DNA of 42,644 bases from a virus: positions 1 to 42,644 of the IMG/VR virus record IMGVR_UViG_3300029586_000007; one strand, written 5' to 3'. Below the pieces are notes generated by a model. It was not told the origin of the DNA. It did not search any database and was given only the letters and a program-made list of their open reading frames with translations. The position numbers were made by a program, and so were the translations under genes. Of this stretch, positions 23,622-32,729 are shown in pieces. Every line of letters starts with the position of its first letter. The stretch's first letter is position 1.

Positions 23622-24854
23622 TTACAGAAGGGTTACGGATGCGGTGCCGCTCTTGCTTACGTCCTGCTTCGCCTCAGCAGTTACCGTGAGGCTCGATGCA
23701 GTCTCCGACTTGTCAACGGTCAGCAGGCCGTCTTCGGTGATCTTGGTGTTAGCCTTTGCGCCGCCGGAAACACTCCACGATACGCTGTCGGAAACAATGC
23801 CGTCGCCGGTTACAGCCGCAGTAAACAGCTTGGAACCGCCCTTTGCAAGGCTTGCAGTCGCCGGAGTTACCTTTACAGCGGAAACAGTGCCGCCGTTGCC
23901 GTAAACGGAGAACGGGAACGGGTTTTCCATGTCCGCATTAAATGCAGTTACCGGGTTTGCGATCTCCCAGCCGAGGCGCATAACTGCGCGCAGCGCAACC
24001 ATGTCGTTCTGCATGAGGTTGTACTGGATTGCCTTGGTAGACGGATCCTGAATAACGCCCTCGGTGAAGATCTTGAACGTGATGTCCTGACGGATGGCGT
24101 AAACGAGCTGCGACCAGTCGCCGACAATCATCTTTGCAAGCGTCGGGTCAAACGCGCCGTTGTTCGGGAAATACATATCCATGCCGTCCAGAGCGTAGCG
24201 AGACGCGCCCTGCATGTCAGTCTTAAAGATCGGCTGACCGGTGGTATCTACCAGGCCGCGCAGCTTGCCGCGCATCTGTACGGCGGATACAACGCCGTTC
24301 GGGCTGTAGCCGTCCAGTTCAACCTTTGCGATAAGGCCGTTCTCGCCCATGATGTCGCCGAAAGTGTCGGTAGAGGTCGGAACGCCGTTTCCTGCTGCAA
24401 TCGCAGACGGGACAACGCCATCACGCCACGTGGTCGGCTTGTCAGCGCCGAACAGGATTGCGGCGTCAATCTTCTTGCCGAACGCCTCGACCAGACGCGG
24501 ACGAACTTCACCCCAGATGTCGTAATCCGCATCATCCAGAACTGCCTCCGGGATGGGGACGATTACCGCGATTTCCTCGGCGTAAATCTTCTTTTTGTCC
24601 CATGCCATCTTGGTAGTCTGCTTGTACGCTGCGGATTCAGCCGCGCCAGTGCCGGAAACCTCGCCGTTTACCCAGTAAGCGGTCGGCAGCATATCCAGAA
24701 CGTTCATGGTCTGGGTCTTGCTGGTCATGTTCGGCAGGCGGCGAGCCATACGCAGCACTGCCGATTCTGCAACAGCGCCCTGAAGGATTTCACGAGTTAC
24801 CGGCTCCGGGATGAGGCCGGAAAGGGAATTGCGGTCAATTACGTTATTTGCCAT
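23622..24854 (-). CDS. Major capsid protein (HK97 fold) with C-terminal Ig-like (Big_2-type) domain
   Basis: 410 aa following the scaffold gene. C-terminus VKVTPATASLAKGGSKLFTAAVTGDG...SVSWSVSG...LTVTAEA. Confidence 0.92.
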   Translation of the reverse strand: MANNVIDRNSLSGLIPEPVTREILQGAVAESAVLRMARRLPNMTSKTQTMNVLDMLPTAYWVNGEVSGTGAAESAAYKQTTKMAWDKKKIYAEEIAVIVPIPEAVLDDADYDIWGEVRPRLVEAFGKKIDAAILFGADKPTTWRDGVVPSAIAAGNGVPTSTDTFGDIMGENGLIAKVELDGYSPNGVVSAVQMRGKLRGLVDTTGQPIFKTDMQGASRYALDGMDMYFPNNGAFDPTLAKMIVGDWSQLVYAIRQDITFKIFTEGVIQDPSTKAIQYNLMQNDMVALRAVMRLGWEIANPVTAFNADMENPFPFSVYGNGGTVSAVKVTPATASLAKGGSKLFTAAVTGDGIVSDSVSWSVSGGAKANTKITEDGLLTVDKSETASSLTVTAEAKQDVSKSGTASVTLL

Positions 24855-24872
24855 TGTTAAAAGCTCCTTTTC

Positions 24873-25385
24873 TTACTTGATTGCCCCACGAATAAGCGCG
24901 TTCATCGCTGCATTGGGGGCGTTTTTCTGGTTGCCATCGCCAACAGGCGCAGTCCAATCAAACGAGGTTCGCGGCCGACGTTCCTGCGCGATTGCATCCA
25001 CAGCCTGTTCAAAGGTGGTCTTGTCATCTACCATCTTCGCGGCCTTGAACGCGATAAACTCCGCTTCGTCGCCGGTGAAACCCTTCGACGAAACGTATCT
25101 TTCGTGCTCGAGCTGTTCGATCTTCGCGTTCGCCGCCGAAAGGTTGCTTACTGCGGTGTCGCGCTCTTTGGTGATGTTGTTCATTCTGTCCTGCTCGGTC
25201 TGCTGACTGTCTTTCCACGTGCGGAATGCGTTCAGCTCTTCCTCGCTGGGCATTTTCTTCCGTTCACGCTCAAGGCGAGACTGGATCATCTTATCTACGT
25301 CCGCCTGACTGAACGTCTTTTCCTGCTGTGCAGCAGTGTTGTTCTCCGCGCTCTGCGCGTTGGTGTTGGTAGCGTTGTTTTCCAT
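24873..25385 (-). CDS. Scaffolding protein
   Basis: ATG 25385 with AAGGAG upstream. Charged, helical, Gln/Glu-rich. Sits between the minor capsid and major capsid genes. Confidence 0.8.
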   Translation of the reverse strand: MENNATNTNAQSAENNTAAQQEKTFSQADVDKMIQSRLERERKKMPSEEELNAFRTWKDSQQTEQDRMNNITKERDTAVSNLSAANAKIEQLEHERYVSSKGFTGDEAEFIAFKAAKMVDDKTTFEQAVDAIAQERRPRTSFDWTAPVGDGNQKNAPNAAMNALIRGAIK

Positions 25386-25455
25386 TGTGGTCTCCTTGTT
25401 TAACGTCCTGTCGGACAATTTGGCAATAAAAAACACCGTGTTTCCACGATGCCAA

Positions 25456-26625
25456 TTATTCAATTACTTTCATGCGGTTGGTCTGCGTCGGCAGGCTCGC
25501 CGCCCGGCTAAATTCGCGATATTCTTTCTTCAATCGGCGAATGCGGATGCCTGTTTGCTCTTCCTTGCCCGTCATTCCTGCGGCGTTGTACGCGGCTCTG
25601 CGGCGCTCCAGTTTGCGCACTGTGCGTTCTATCTTGCGCTGCATTTGCGTTGCTTCATAGGCGCTGTACGTGCGCCCCTCGAACTCCACAGGCGGTGGGT
25701 CAATGTTCGCAAGCTGTTCATCCGTATATACGCGCTCAGAAACGCCCTCTAAAAACGGATGCCTGTGATGCCTGCAATTTGCACCCTCCAAACCATCAAC
25801 AGCGCCGAGGCCGCAAATCGTGTAAATATTCGGGTATTTGCTGCCGTCTTTCGTGCTGTAAACCTTGCCTTGCCATGCCTTGTGGTTCTTCCATCCTGTG
25901 CCTTTATCACGCGCGCCGCGATGGGCGGTGATTTCGTACAGGTCAGTTTCCAGTGTTTCCGCAGCCGTTTCCGTGTATTTCGAGGTAAGCTGATTTAGCC
26001 CCGTGAAAATAGCTCTGCGCGCTGCAACGTCTGCATGGTCTCTGTGCCCTGTCGCATAGTCAATCGTGTATATGCCGCTGTCTGCAAGCTCTCTAACTGC
26101 ATCCTCAAGTGACTGCTGCAACGTAAACGCGCCGGACTGCATTTTCACTTCTGCTTTGTCAAGGGCGGCTTGATACGCCTTTGCAATCGGATGAAATGTA
26201 ACCTTTCCGTTTGTTTGCAGTGCAAAACCGAGAGAGCGTGTAATGTTGCGGTATCCGTCAAGCGTCTGTGACTGTATCTGCGCGATATCCGCAGCCGTCA
26301 CCCAGAAAAGCGGTTCAGCAACGCTCGCCTTGCTTGCAAGCTCGTTGTAATACTTCTGGTTGTATTCAACAACACGGTCAAGTGCTTCCTGCACCTGAGG
26401 CAGTGTTTCCTTGCTGTGCTTCGCTATCATTTTTTCGATGGTCTCCATGTCGAGGCCTTGCGCACGTAGCGCGCGGATATCGTTCATGGCAACCTCGTTC
26501 AGTTCGCCGGTCAGCTTAAATCGTGAACATATCTCGCGCAAGATGTCCTTTTCGAGCTCTTGCATTGCAATCGCAATCGGTTCGGGCGCTGCGTCGAGGT
26601 ATTCCGGTGTGATTGGATACTTCAT
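25456..26625 (-). CDS. Minor capsid / head morphogenesis protein (SPP1 gp7 / min_cap2-like)
   Basis: 389 aa, ATGA-coupled to the portal gene. ...GLEGANCRHHRHPF motif region. Confidence 0.85.
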   Translation of the reverse strand: MKYPITPEYLDAAPEPIAIAMQELEKDILREICSRFKLTGELNEVAMNDIRALRAQGLDMETIEKMIAKHSKETLPQVQEALDRVVEYNQKYYNELASKASVAEPLFWVTAADIAQIQSQTLDGYRNITRSLGFALQTNGKVTFHPIAKAYQAALDKAEVKMQSGAFTLQQSLEDAVRELADSGIYTIDYATGHRDHADVAARRAIFTGLNQLTSKYTETAAETLETDLYEITAHRGARDKGTGWKNHKAWQGKVYSTKDGSKYPNIYTICGLGAVDGLEGANCRHHRHPFLEGVSERVYTDEQLANIDPPPVEFEGRTYSAYEATQMQRKIERTVRKLERRRAAYNAAGMTGKEEQTGIRIRRLKKEYREFSRAASLPTQTNRMKVIE

Positions 26626-28043
26626 TCAATCTCATCTTCCCCCTCGTCCGTCATGTCCTGTGCTTTCGGCAGCATTTTCTTTGCCGTCTCATCATCTTCA
26701 TTGAGCCACTTAGCGCGGAATTCCCAGTCGTTCATGATGCCTGCGTTAAGCAGCTGCATGTCTCGCGTGAAGTCCGTGCCCTTGTCCTCGATGATGCTGT
26801 CGTCAAAGTCAATGCTGATTTCCACATCTTCATTCAGCCCGGCGTTCATTGCATCATTTCCGATCCGCAGAATAATGCGGCACAGCTCCACAAGTGCCTG
26901 CTCAAGGATGATTTCATGCTTCTTGATCGTGCGGAACATGGTGCTGTTTTCGCTGATTACCTGCGTGGCGGTTGCAACGCTTGCGCCGTCAAAGTGGTAA
27001 TAGCTCTCACCGAAACCTGTCTTGGTTGACAGCAGGTTCAGCTGATCTTGAATGCCTCGGTTATGTTCGCCGGTTCTCAGCGTCATATCAATCGGCTGAA
27101 TGATATTGCCATCCTGCGTATCCTCCGGCAGCACATAATATGCGAGCTCGTCCGGGTCGAATACCGGTTCACCGTCAAGGTAGTTCGTCGCAGCCGGCTT
27201 TACCATGATGCGCTTTTTACCGAGCAGGAACTCGTTTACATAGCTGTCATATGCGATATCAACGCCTTTCAGAACGTCAATCGCGTTTGCATAGACCGGA
27301 ATGCCGAGTGGAATGTAATAGTCAAAGTTGTTCGCGATGTTCAAACGATCAATCACAAACTGCCGCTTGTTCGAACCGGTATGCACAACAGGTGGAATTT
27401 TTTCAAACCCCGGCACGCTTGCAAGGCTTTCTTCAAACAAACTTTCATCTGTGATTTTGAAAATGCGGTTTTCGATGTCGTAAAAGCCGATTTCATTTCG
27501 CTTGTGGATTTGCAGATAGCAGTAATCCTCACCATTTACAGTGGTTCGGCTGTCGAACGCGCATTCCGTGATAACGCCGTTCTGCCATGCCAGAGGGAAA
27601 ATGTGCTCTACAGTCACATAATCAATCTGAATTCCGTTTGCTGCGCCTGCAATAGGCTGTTCGCCGTCCGACACTGCACCGACAACACGCGGAATGTATG
27701 CGACCGTACCCAGTGCAGACTTCATTTCCTGCATCTCGTTCGCCTTGACCTCGAAGTTGTTCTCTTCAAAGATGCGGTCGACGAACGCCTGTTCTTTCTC
27801 GCCCTCCAAGGTGATCTTCACCTTTTCGTTCATGAGTAGGTTTGCCCAGTCCTCGGCTAACTTCTTCGCCATACCGAGCGTATATCGCTTGCAATGCACG
27901 GTTCGGCCGCAGTTCCGCACCTTGTAATGGTGGAATGACTTCACATCACCCACATACCAGCTGCGCCACTCCGCAACCTTACCGTAAAACTCGGGGGCGA
28001 TTGTGTTATAGCCGAGCTCTTTCAGTTTTTCAATAATCGTCAA
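26622..28043 (-). CDS. Portal protein
   Basis: 473 aa immediately after terL, with an acidic C-terminus. ATGA overlaps on both sides. Confidence 0.92.
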   Translation of the reverse strand: MTIIEKLKELGYNTIAPEFYGKVAEWRSWYVGDVKSFHHYKVRNCGRTVHCKRYTLGMAKKLAEDWANLLMNEKVKITLEGEKEQAFVDRIFEENNFEVKANEMQEMKSALGTVAYIPRVVGAVSDGEQPIAGAANGIQIDYVTVEHIFPLAWQNGVITECAFDSRTTVNGEDYCYLQIHKRNEIGFYDIENRIFKITDESLFEESLASVPGFEKIPPVVHTGSNKRQFVIDRLNIANNFDYYIPLGIPVYANAIDVLKGVDIAYDSYVNEFLLGKKRIMVKPAATNYLDGEPVFDPDELAYYVLPEDTQDGNIIQPIDMTLRTGEHNRGIQDQLNLLSTKTGFGESYYHFDGASVATATQVISENSTMFRTIKKHEIILEQALVELCRIILRIGNDAMNAGLNEDVEISIDFDDSIIEDKGTDFTRDMQLLNAGIMNDWEFRAKWLNEDDETAKKMLPKAQDMTDEGEDEIE

Positions 28044-29278
28044 GCAATCACTCCCATTCTTCTGTAAACGCGCTCAAGAGCGTATCTCGCGGCGTCAATC
28101 AGATGGTTCTTTTCATCTGGATAGCCGCTGATGATCTCGCCGTCCTTGTCGCGCTCATACTCATAGTTCACAAACTCATCATAGGCGTGCGGCGTTCGCT
28201 TGCGGTCGATGACAAGTGTCCTGCGCTGTAGCCACTTCATGCCGTACTCGACACTGCCGGGGCCCTTCACGGCCTCTTTGGCAGGCAGTCGCATAGCGCG
28301 GTAGTCTGCAACGCTTTTGGGCTCTGCACTGTCGCAGGTGATAAACGTATCATTATAGCCGCGCTCCATGATAATACCGGCGCTTTCCTCGTTACTCAGC
28401 TTGTTTTTGTATATCTCATCGATAAAATACACCGTCTCACGCGCCCTGTCGTAGTGGACGCGGATAAAAGCGAACGGGTCGGGGAACCATCCCCAGTCAG
28501 CGCCTTGATAGATATGATCGAACGTTGCCACCTCATCATCTGTGATTTCTCGCAGTTCAAGGTTTTCAAAGACGTTGCCGCCCGTGCCGACCGGAATGCC
28601 GAGGTATTCATGCTGATACGCTCGTTCGTTCGTCAGTTTTAGGTGCTCCGCCTCATAAATAAACTGATCGCCTAACCACTCGCGCGGCGCTTCAAGGTAC
28701 GTGCTGCGGTGGCAGAGACGGTCAGGGCGTTCTTCTAAACTGTCCTTGTTCGCCCAGTTGTCGCGGCTGATCGGAGGGTTATAACTCTCAAAGTTCCAAT
28801 ACTTATCACCGCCGCGCATGGTAGACTGCAAGATCGTTCGGATTTCCGCGCGTCCTGCGAACTGGTCTTTCTCCTCGAAATGCGTAACAGCAATATAACC
28901 AAACGGAACCTTGATTGACTTGATCTTCATCGGGTCATCAGCGCCGCGAAACATGATTTTCTGTCCGGTCGGGCGATATATCAGCTCCATCGGCGATACC
29001 TTCGCATCCCAGTAGTCAGCCATTCCCAGCTCGCCAATTGCCCATACATACTGTGCGTATACACTATCGCGGATGGTGTTTGCAACCTTGCGTAACACAA
29101 GCGCATGCGTTCCGGGGTTGTGGATAAGCAGCAGCGGAACGACAATCGACACAAACGACGATTTCAGTGAGCCACGGCCGCCGCTCTCGTCATAGTGTGT
29201 GTGTCCATGCTCGAATACATCGTGCGCGACAGGGTAAAATGCAGGGCCGATTACCTGAGATAGTTTTAACTCAGACAT
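28040..29278 (-). CDS. terL: Terminase large subunit (PBSX/Terminase_3 type)
   Basis: N-terminal ATPase block YDESGGRGSLKS (Walker A-like) and a C-terminal nuclease region. Overlaps terS. Confidence 0.95.
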   Translation of the reverse strand: MSELKLSQVIGPAFYPVAHDVFEHGHTHYDESGGRGSLKSSFVSIVVPLLLIHNPGTHALVLRKVANTIRDSVYAQYVWAIGELGMADYWDAKVSPMELIYRPTGQKIMFRGADDPMKIKSIKVPFGYIAVTHFEEKDQFAGRAEIRTILQSTMRGGDKYWNFESYNPPISRDNWANKDSLEERPDRLCHRSTYLEAPREWLGDQFIYEAEHLKLTNERAYQHEYLGIPVGTGGNVFENLELREITDDEVATFDHIYQGADWGWFPDPFAFIRVHYDRARETVYFIDEIYKNKLSNEESAGIIMERGYNDTFITCDSAEPKSVADYRAMRLPAKEAVKGPGSVEYGMKWLQRRTLVIDRKRTPHAYDEFVNYEYERDKDGEIISGYPDEKNHLIDAARYALERVYRRMGVIA

Positions 29279-29588
29279 CGATAATCACCTTCACGCCCTC
29301 GCTTTCGATCTTCTCTTCTACTGCGTCACGCTGTCCGAGGTACTGCTTTCCCAGCCAGATCAGCATCTGCACATTTCCGCTCTTGGCTGCGTTCATCTGC
29401 CAGTGGCGCAGGCTCAGCTTCATTTCGGCCATGCCTTTATAATATGCTTCGGTCACATCATCGCGATTCGCAAAGGTTGTGCGTGCGAAGCCTAATGCTC
29501 TTGCGATTTCATCTTGCGTGTTGCCCTCGCTTGCCAACTCGCACACCGCTTCAAGGTCGATTTGTTTCTTTGGTCTGCCTCTCGGCAT
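29271..29588 (-). CDS. terS: Terminase small subunit (HTH type)
   Basis: MPRGRPKK...GNTQDEIARALGFARTTF HTH. AAAGGAGG RBS. Confidence 0.85.
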   Translation of the reverse strand: MPRGRPKKQIDLEAVCELASEGNTQDEIARALGFARTTFANRDDVTEAYYKGMAEMKLSLRHWQMNAAKSGNVQMLIWLGKQYLGQRDAVEEKIESEGVKVIIDV

Positions 29589-29613
29589 TTCCTAACCTCC
29601 TTTCACCCAATAG

Positions 29614-29639
29614 AAAAGCACCGAGACTTTCCCGGTGCT
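29614..29639 (-). terminator. Intrinsic terminator immediately upstream of terS
   Basis: Minus strand: AGCACCGGG-AAAGU-CUCGGUGCU followed by UUUUCUAUU. Confidence 0.7.
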
Positions 29640-29661
29640 TTGTCTGTTGAGTTGTGTTTGC

Positions 29662-29784
29662 TTAGGTCGAAGACGAGCGAGCGCCACGAGCGCCAGCCGC
29701 ACGACGGCCAACCGCTACACTGCGGCGACGAGCGCGGCCGGAACGGCCACGGTTTGCCAGTCTACCACTGCCATAACCACCCAT
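29662..29784 (-). CDS. 40-aa Arg/Gly-rich mini-ORF (uncertain)
   Basis: Hand translation MGGYGSGRLANRGRSGRARRRSVAVGRRAAGARGARSSST. GGAGGTG lies 6 nt upstream. Bracketed by two terminators. Confidence 0.4.
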   Translation of the reverse strand: MGGYGSGRLANRGRSGRARRRSVAVGRRAAGARGARSSST

Positions 29785-29809
29785 GCTTTTCACCTCCTTT
29801 CAAATATAC

Positions 29810-29837
29810 AAAAAGGACTATCTTTCGCAGATAATCC
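29810..29837 (-). terminator. Intrinsic terminator after the 121-aa gene
   Basis: Minus strand: GGAUUAUC-UGCGAAA-GAUAGUCC followed by UUUUUGUAUAUUU. Confidence 0.7.
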
Positions 29838-29850
29838 TTTCCGTGTTTTG

Positions 29851-30216
29851 TTAGTCTCCTATAATTCTGCTCAAATATTCTTTTGAGCCTTTGCCGATTC
29901 GCGCAAACTTCATATCTTCGGTTTTAATCGGACGCTTGACCGCCCGCGCGAATTCCTTGCCTTCGATATACTTTAGATCGGTATCAAATTCGAGGGATGC
30001 GAGAAATTCCTCTTTCTGCGCTCTGCTGGTAAAGCAGATACAACACCAATATTCAGTGTCGCACATATCGCGGAATCGCTTGTTCTCAGCGCCCATGCGC
30101 TCACGGAAACTCTTTTCTACGTCTCCCAGTTCATCGAGGCACTCGCTTTCGAGCTGCTCTAATTCAATGTGATCGTCTTTTGTTTCCTTAACTTCGTCGT
30201 CGTTCCAATATCCCAT
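29851..30216 (-). CDS. Hypothetical acidic protein
   Basis: ATG 30216 in a TAATG overlap with the upstream stop. The track ORF extends to 30264. Confidence 0.7.
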   Translation of the reverse strand: MGYWNDDEVKETKDDHIELEQLESECLDELGDVEKSFRERMGAENKRFRDMCDTEYWCCICFTSRAQKEEFLASLEFDTDLKYIEGKEFARAVKRPIKTEDMKFARIGKGSKEYLSRIIGD

Positions 30217-30923
30217 TACAGTTCGCCCCTCCTGAATAACTCCAACTCTGCCAGCGGGAACCATGTGATAATCTTCTCGTAGTCCCGCGGGAAATTCTCC
30301 TTGATCGGCTTCAAGAACCGATAATCAATACCATCGAACGTTCTGCCGAACAGCTTATAGTCTACCGGCAGCCGAACACCGCTTGCATCAAATTCGCGCA
30401 GCAGGTCGGCCTTTACCCAGTCGAACACCGGATAAAACCGCTTTGCATTGTGGTTGATCGCTCCATGTGTTTTCATGGCGATACGCCGCATAGGACTGTC
30501 TGCCATTCTAACGCCGGTCGCAGTGTAGACGCATTCCGGCAGGCGCTTGCACTCTCGGATGATCTCGCCAATTTCGGCATCATCATATTCTTCGCCGGGC
30601 AAGTCCATCGCCTCGATCTTGGTTACATGCTCCGGCGACTGGAATACCAGATTACGCAGCATGCGATACAGAGACCGGTGCGGCAGTCTGTAAATGTGAG
30701 TTCCGAAAAAGTCCTCATAGTACGCAAGGCTGTTTTCGACGAATTCCAGACCCGGCACAGTGTAACAATAATACGGGATTACACGCTTGAAATACTTCCT
30801 CAACTGCAACCACGCTGCAATGCTGTCTTTGCCTGTAGAAAATGCTAAGATCGCGGTATCGCATTCCTCTGCCATAGTACGGCACAGGCTCTCTCCGCTG
30901 CTTGCATCTACTCTATCATACAC
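30216..30923 (-). CDS. PAPS reductase / PP-loop ATPase family protein
   Basis: PP-loop ILAFSTGKDSIAAW. Start proposed at GTG 30923 (TAGTG overlap, GGAGG 10 nt upstream); the track starts at TTG 30962. Confidence 0.85.
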   Translation of the reverse strand: MYDRVDASSGESLCRTMAEECDTAILAFSTGKDSIAAWLQLRKYFKRVIPYYCYTVPGLEFVENSLAYYEDFFGTHIYRLPHRSLYRMLRNLVFQSPEHVTKIEAMDLPGEEYDDAEIGEIIRECKRLPECVYTATGVRMADSPMRRIAMKTHGAINHNAKRFYPVFDWVKADLLREFDASGVRLPVDYKLFGRTFDGIDYRFLKPIKENFPRDYEKIITWFPLAELELFRRGEL

Positions 30924-31123
30924 TACGCTTTGTCCTCCTCTTTGTCTCGCTCCATCTGACAATCAATCGCACGGGCGATAAAGCCATTCACGCTTTCGCT
31001 CCGGCCTTCCACATGGGATTTGATCTCTTCTTTCTTGCCTTTCGGCAGGGTCAAATTAACTCGGTCATAAGCCTTGTTGATGTACTTATTGGTTGCTTTC
31101 TGCTGTGCCTTGCTGGATGGCAT
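30923..31123 (-). CDS. Ribbon-helix-helix (Arc/CopG-like) DNA-binding protein
   Basis: YDRVNLTLPKGKKEEIKSHVEGRSESVNGFIARAI. AGGAGGTG RBS before ATG 31123. Confidence 0.8.
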   Translation of the reverse strand: MPSSKAQQKATNKYINKAYDRVNLTLPKGKKEEIKSHVEGRSESVNGFIARAIDCQMERDKEEDKA

Positions 31124-31148
31124 ATAACAGCACCTCCTAACGATAGCT

Positions 31149-31177
31149 ATTATACGCCTAAGATATATTTGTGTAAA
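31149..31177 (-). promoter_or_regulatory. Near-consensus promoter for the RHH to terminase operon
   Basis: TTTACA (rc of 31172..31177)-17-TATAAT (rc of 31149..31154). Confidence 0.65.
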
Positions 31178-31247
31178 TATACACAATTCACAAATATACT
31201 TGCGCAAATATAGTTATTTTACCCATTGCTATACTTGCGCAAATATA
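31169..31247. promoter_or_regulatory. Operator cluster in the divergent control region
   Basis: Inverted repeat TTGTGTaaatatACACAA 31169..31186 over the -35. Exact 18-mer TATACTTGCGCAAATATA at 31195..31212 and 31230..31247, each inside a plus-strand promoter spacer (TTCACA-16-TATAGT; TTGCTA-17-TATACT). Confidence 0.6.
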
Positions 31248-31298
31248 TTATACTATAGTCACAGTAAAGGAAACGAACACCGAAAGGAAGTAATCAAT

Positions 31299-31529
31299 AT
31301 GACCGCAACCGAGAAAATCGCAATCGCAAAAATCGCAAGCCTGACCGATGATCAGCTTTTCGCCACATGGGAAAGCACCGAGAAGTACGATAGAGAAAAC
31401 CACATGGCGCAGGTAATGCTTCGCGGCTGGTGCATGGATGAGATCGAGAAGCGCTACCCGGAAGGCTTCGATGAATGGCTCGATTCTGACGCGCTGGACA
31501 GCGAGCTGCGCCACTACTGCATTAAGTAA
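31299..31529 (+). CDS. Hypothetical protein (plus-strand island)
   Basis: ATG 31299 with AAAGGAAG upstream. 76 aa. Confidence 0.7.
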   Translation: MTATEKIAIAKIASLTDDQLFATWESTEKYDRENHMAQVMLRGWCMDEIEKRYPEGFDEWLDSDALDSELRHYCIK

Positions 31530-31542
31530 GGAGGTAACTACA

Positions 31543-31653
31543 ATGGCCGCAACGCTCAACACCATGTGCATCAACTGCGCCAAACTCAACAAAAGCTGTA
31601 ACGGCACGACAAACCAAGTATGGACTGGCTGTATCTACAAGGAGGTAAAGTAA
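31543..31653 (+). CDS. 36-aa Cys-rich peptide
   Basis: TAAGGAGG RBS. MAATLNTMCINCAKLNKSCNGTTNQVWTGCIYKEVK. Confidence 0.5.
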   Translation: MAATLNTMCINCAKLNKSCNGTTNQVWTGCIYKEVK

Positions 31654-31654
31654 A

Positions 31655-31849
31655 ATGATGAATTTCGAACTGACCCGCAGCGATAGCCGCTGTGTAACAA
31701 CGGCTCTGACAACAGTTATCTGCAATCTTATCAGGGAGCAGAAAAACCCGAACACCACTGCCGGTCGCAGAGAGGTAGTCGAGGAAAGCATTGAGATGTA
31801 TAAGCAAGTACGCGCAAAGATCATAGATCAGTGCAAAGCTCAGGAATAA
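31655..31849 (+). CDS. Hypothetical protein
   Basis: AAGGAGG RBS. 64 aa. Confidence 0.65.
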   Translation: MMNFELTRSDSRCVTTALTTVICNLIREQKNPNTTAGRREVVEESIEMYKQVRAKIIDQCKAQE

Positions 31850-31915
31850 CGGTTCTCGCGGGGTTCATCCCAAAGCCCCGCAGCCACAAATTCATTTTTG
31901 AAAGGCGGTATCGAT

Positions 31916-32167
31916 ATGATAAAAGCAAAATTTGTCGGCAAGATATACTCTCCGGAAGGTTTTCCGGTTCTGACGTACTTATACAGAGGTCGGAAGTATG
32001 ATGTAATCGATTATGGCTGGCGAGGCGGAGAGCCGCTATCTTGGCAGCACAAGAACGAGCAAGCACACATCGACGATATGATTGATAAAGAATCCAAATC
32101 ATCCAGCGCAGCAGGCGAACCCGCTGAAATCGGTTTTGAAATCTTTTGGGAATCAGTAAATCAGTAA
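31916..32167 (+). CDS. Hypothetical protein
   Basis: ATG 31916 preferred over TTG 31898. 83 aa. Confidence 0.65.
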   Translation: MIKAKFVGKIYSPEGFPVLTYLYRGRKYDVIDYGWRGGEPLSWQHKNEQAHIDDMIDKESKSSSAAGEPAEIGFEIFWESVNQ

Positions 32168-32183
32168 TCAGGAGGTACAAACC

Positions 32184-32729
32184 ATGAACACCATCAAACA
32201 CACCGAGTACAAACACAACAACCGCCGCGTTATCCTCGACACCTGCGAACTCGCGCCGGGCAAATACGAGACTATGCTCCTGTACCCCAACGGCCACGAG
32301 ATTGCCTGCCGCACGGCACGCACCGAGGCGGATGCAATCGCAGACTTTGACGAGCTGCTGACCGCCTACCCGGCAGACACCAAGCCCGCAGCACCCAAGC
32401 CGCTTACCGGCAAGTACGCCAAGCTCCGCGACGATCTGCGCAAGGTGTACGAGATCGGCAAAGCCGCAGCCGCACAAGTTGAGGACGGCGGCACCTGCAA
32501 TTTAGATGCTCCCTCGCTCCTGCTCCCGCGCTGGCAGTCCGCCAAGATTGAGCAGGCTTGCAAGGAGGCCGGATGCGGCTGCTTTGAGTGGAAGTGCTTT
32601 AACCGGCGTTGGGTTATCTGCTTCCACATTCCCGGTCAGGCATACAAGCGCGAGACCGCAGCCGAGGCAATGACCAAGGCGCTTGCAGATATGGGCTATG
32701 ATTCCCTTACCTACTGCGCTATTGACTAA
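32184..32729 (+). CDS. Hypothetical two-domain protein with Cys-rich C-terminal domain
   Basis: CAGGAGG RBS. DGGTCNLDAPSLLLPRW...CKEAGCGCFEWKCF...GQAYKRETAAEAM block. No family assigned. Confidence 0.8.
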   Translation: MNTIKHTEYKHNNRRVILDTCELAPGKYETMLLYPNGHEIACRTARTEADAIADFDELLTAYPADTKPAAPKPLTGKYAKLRDDLRKVYEIGKAAAAQVEDGGTCNLDAPSLLLPRWQSAKIEQACKEAGCGCFEWKCFNRRWVICFHIPGQAYKRETAAEAMTKALADMGYDSLTYCAID

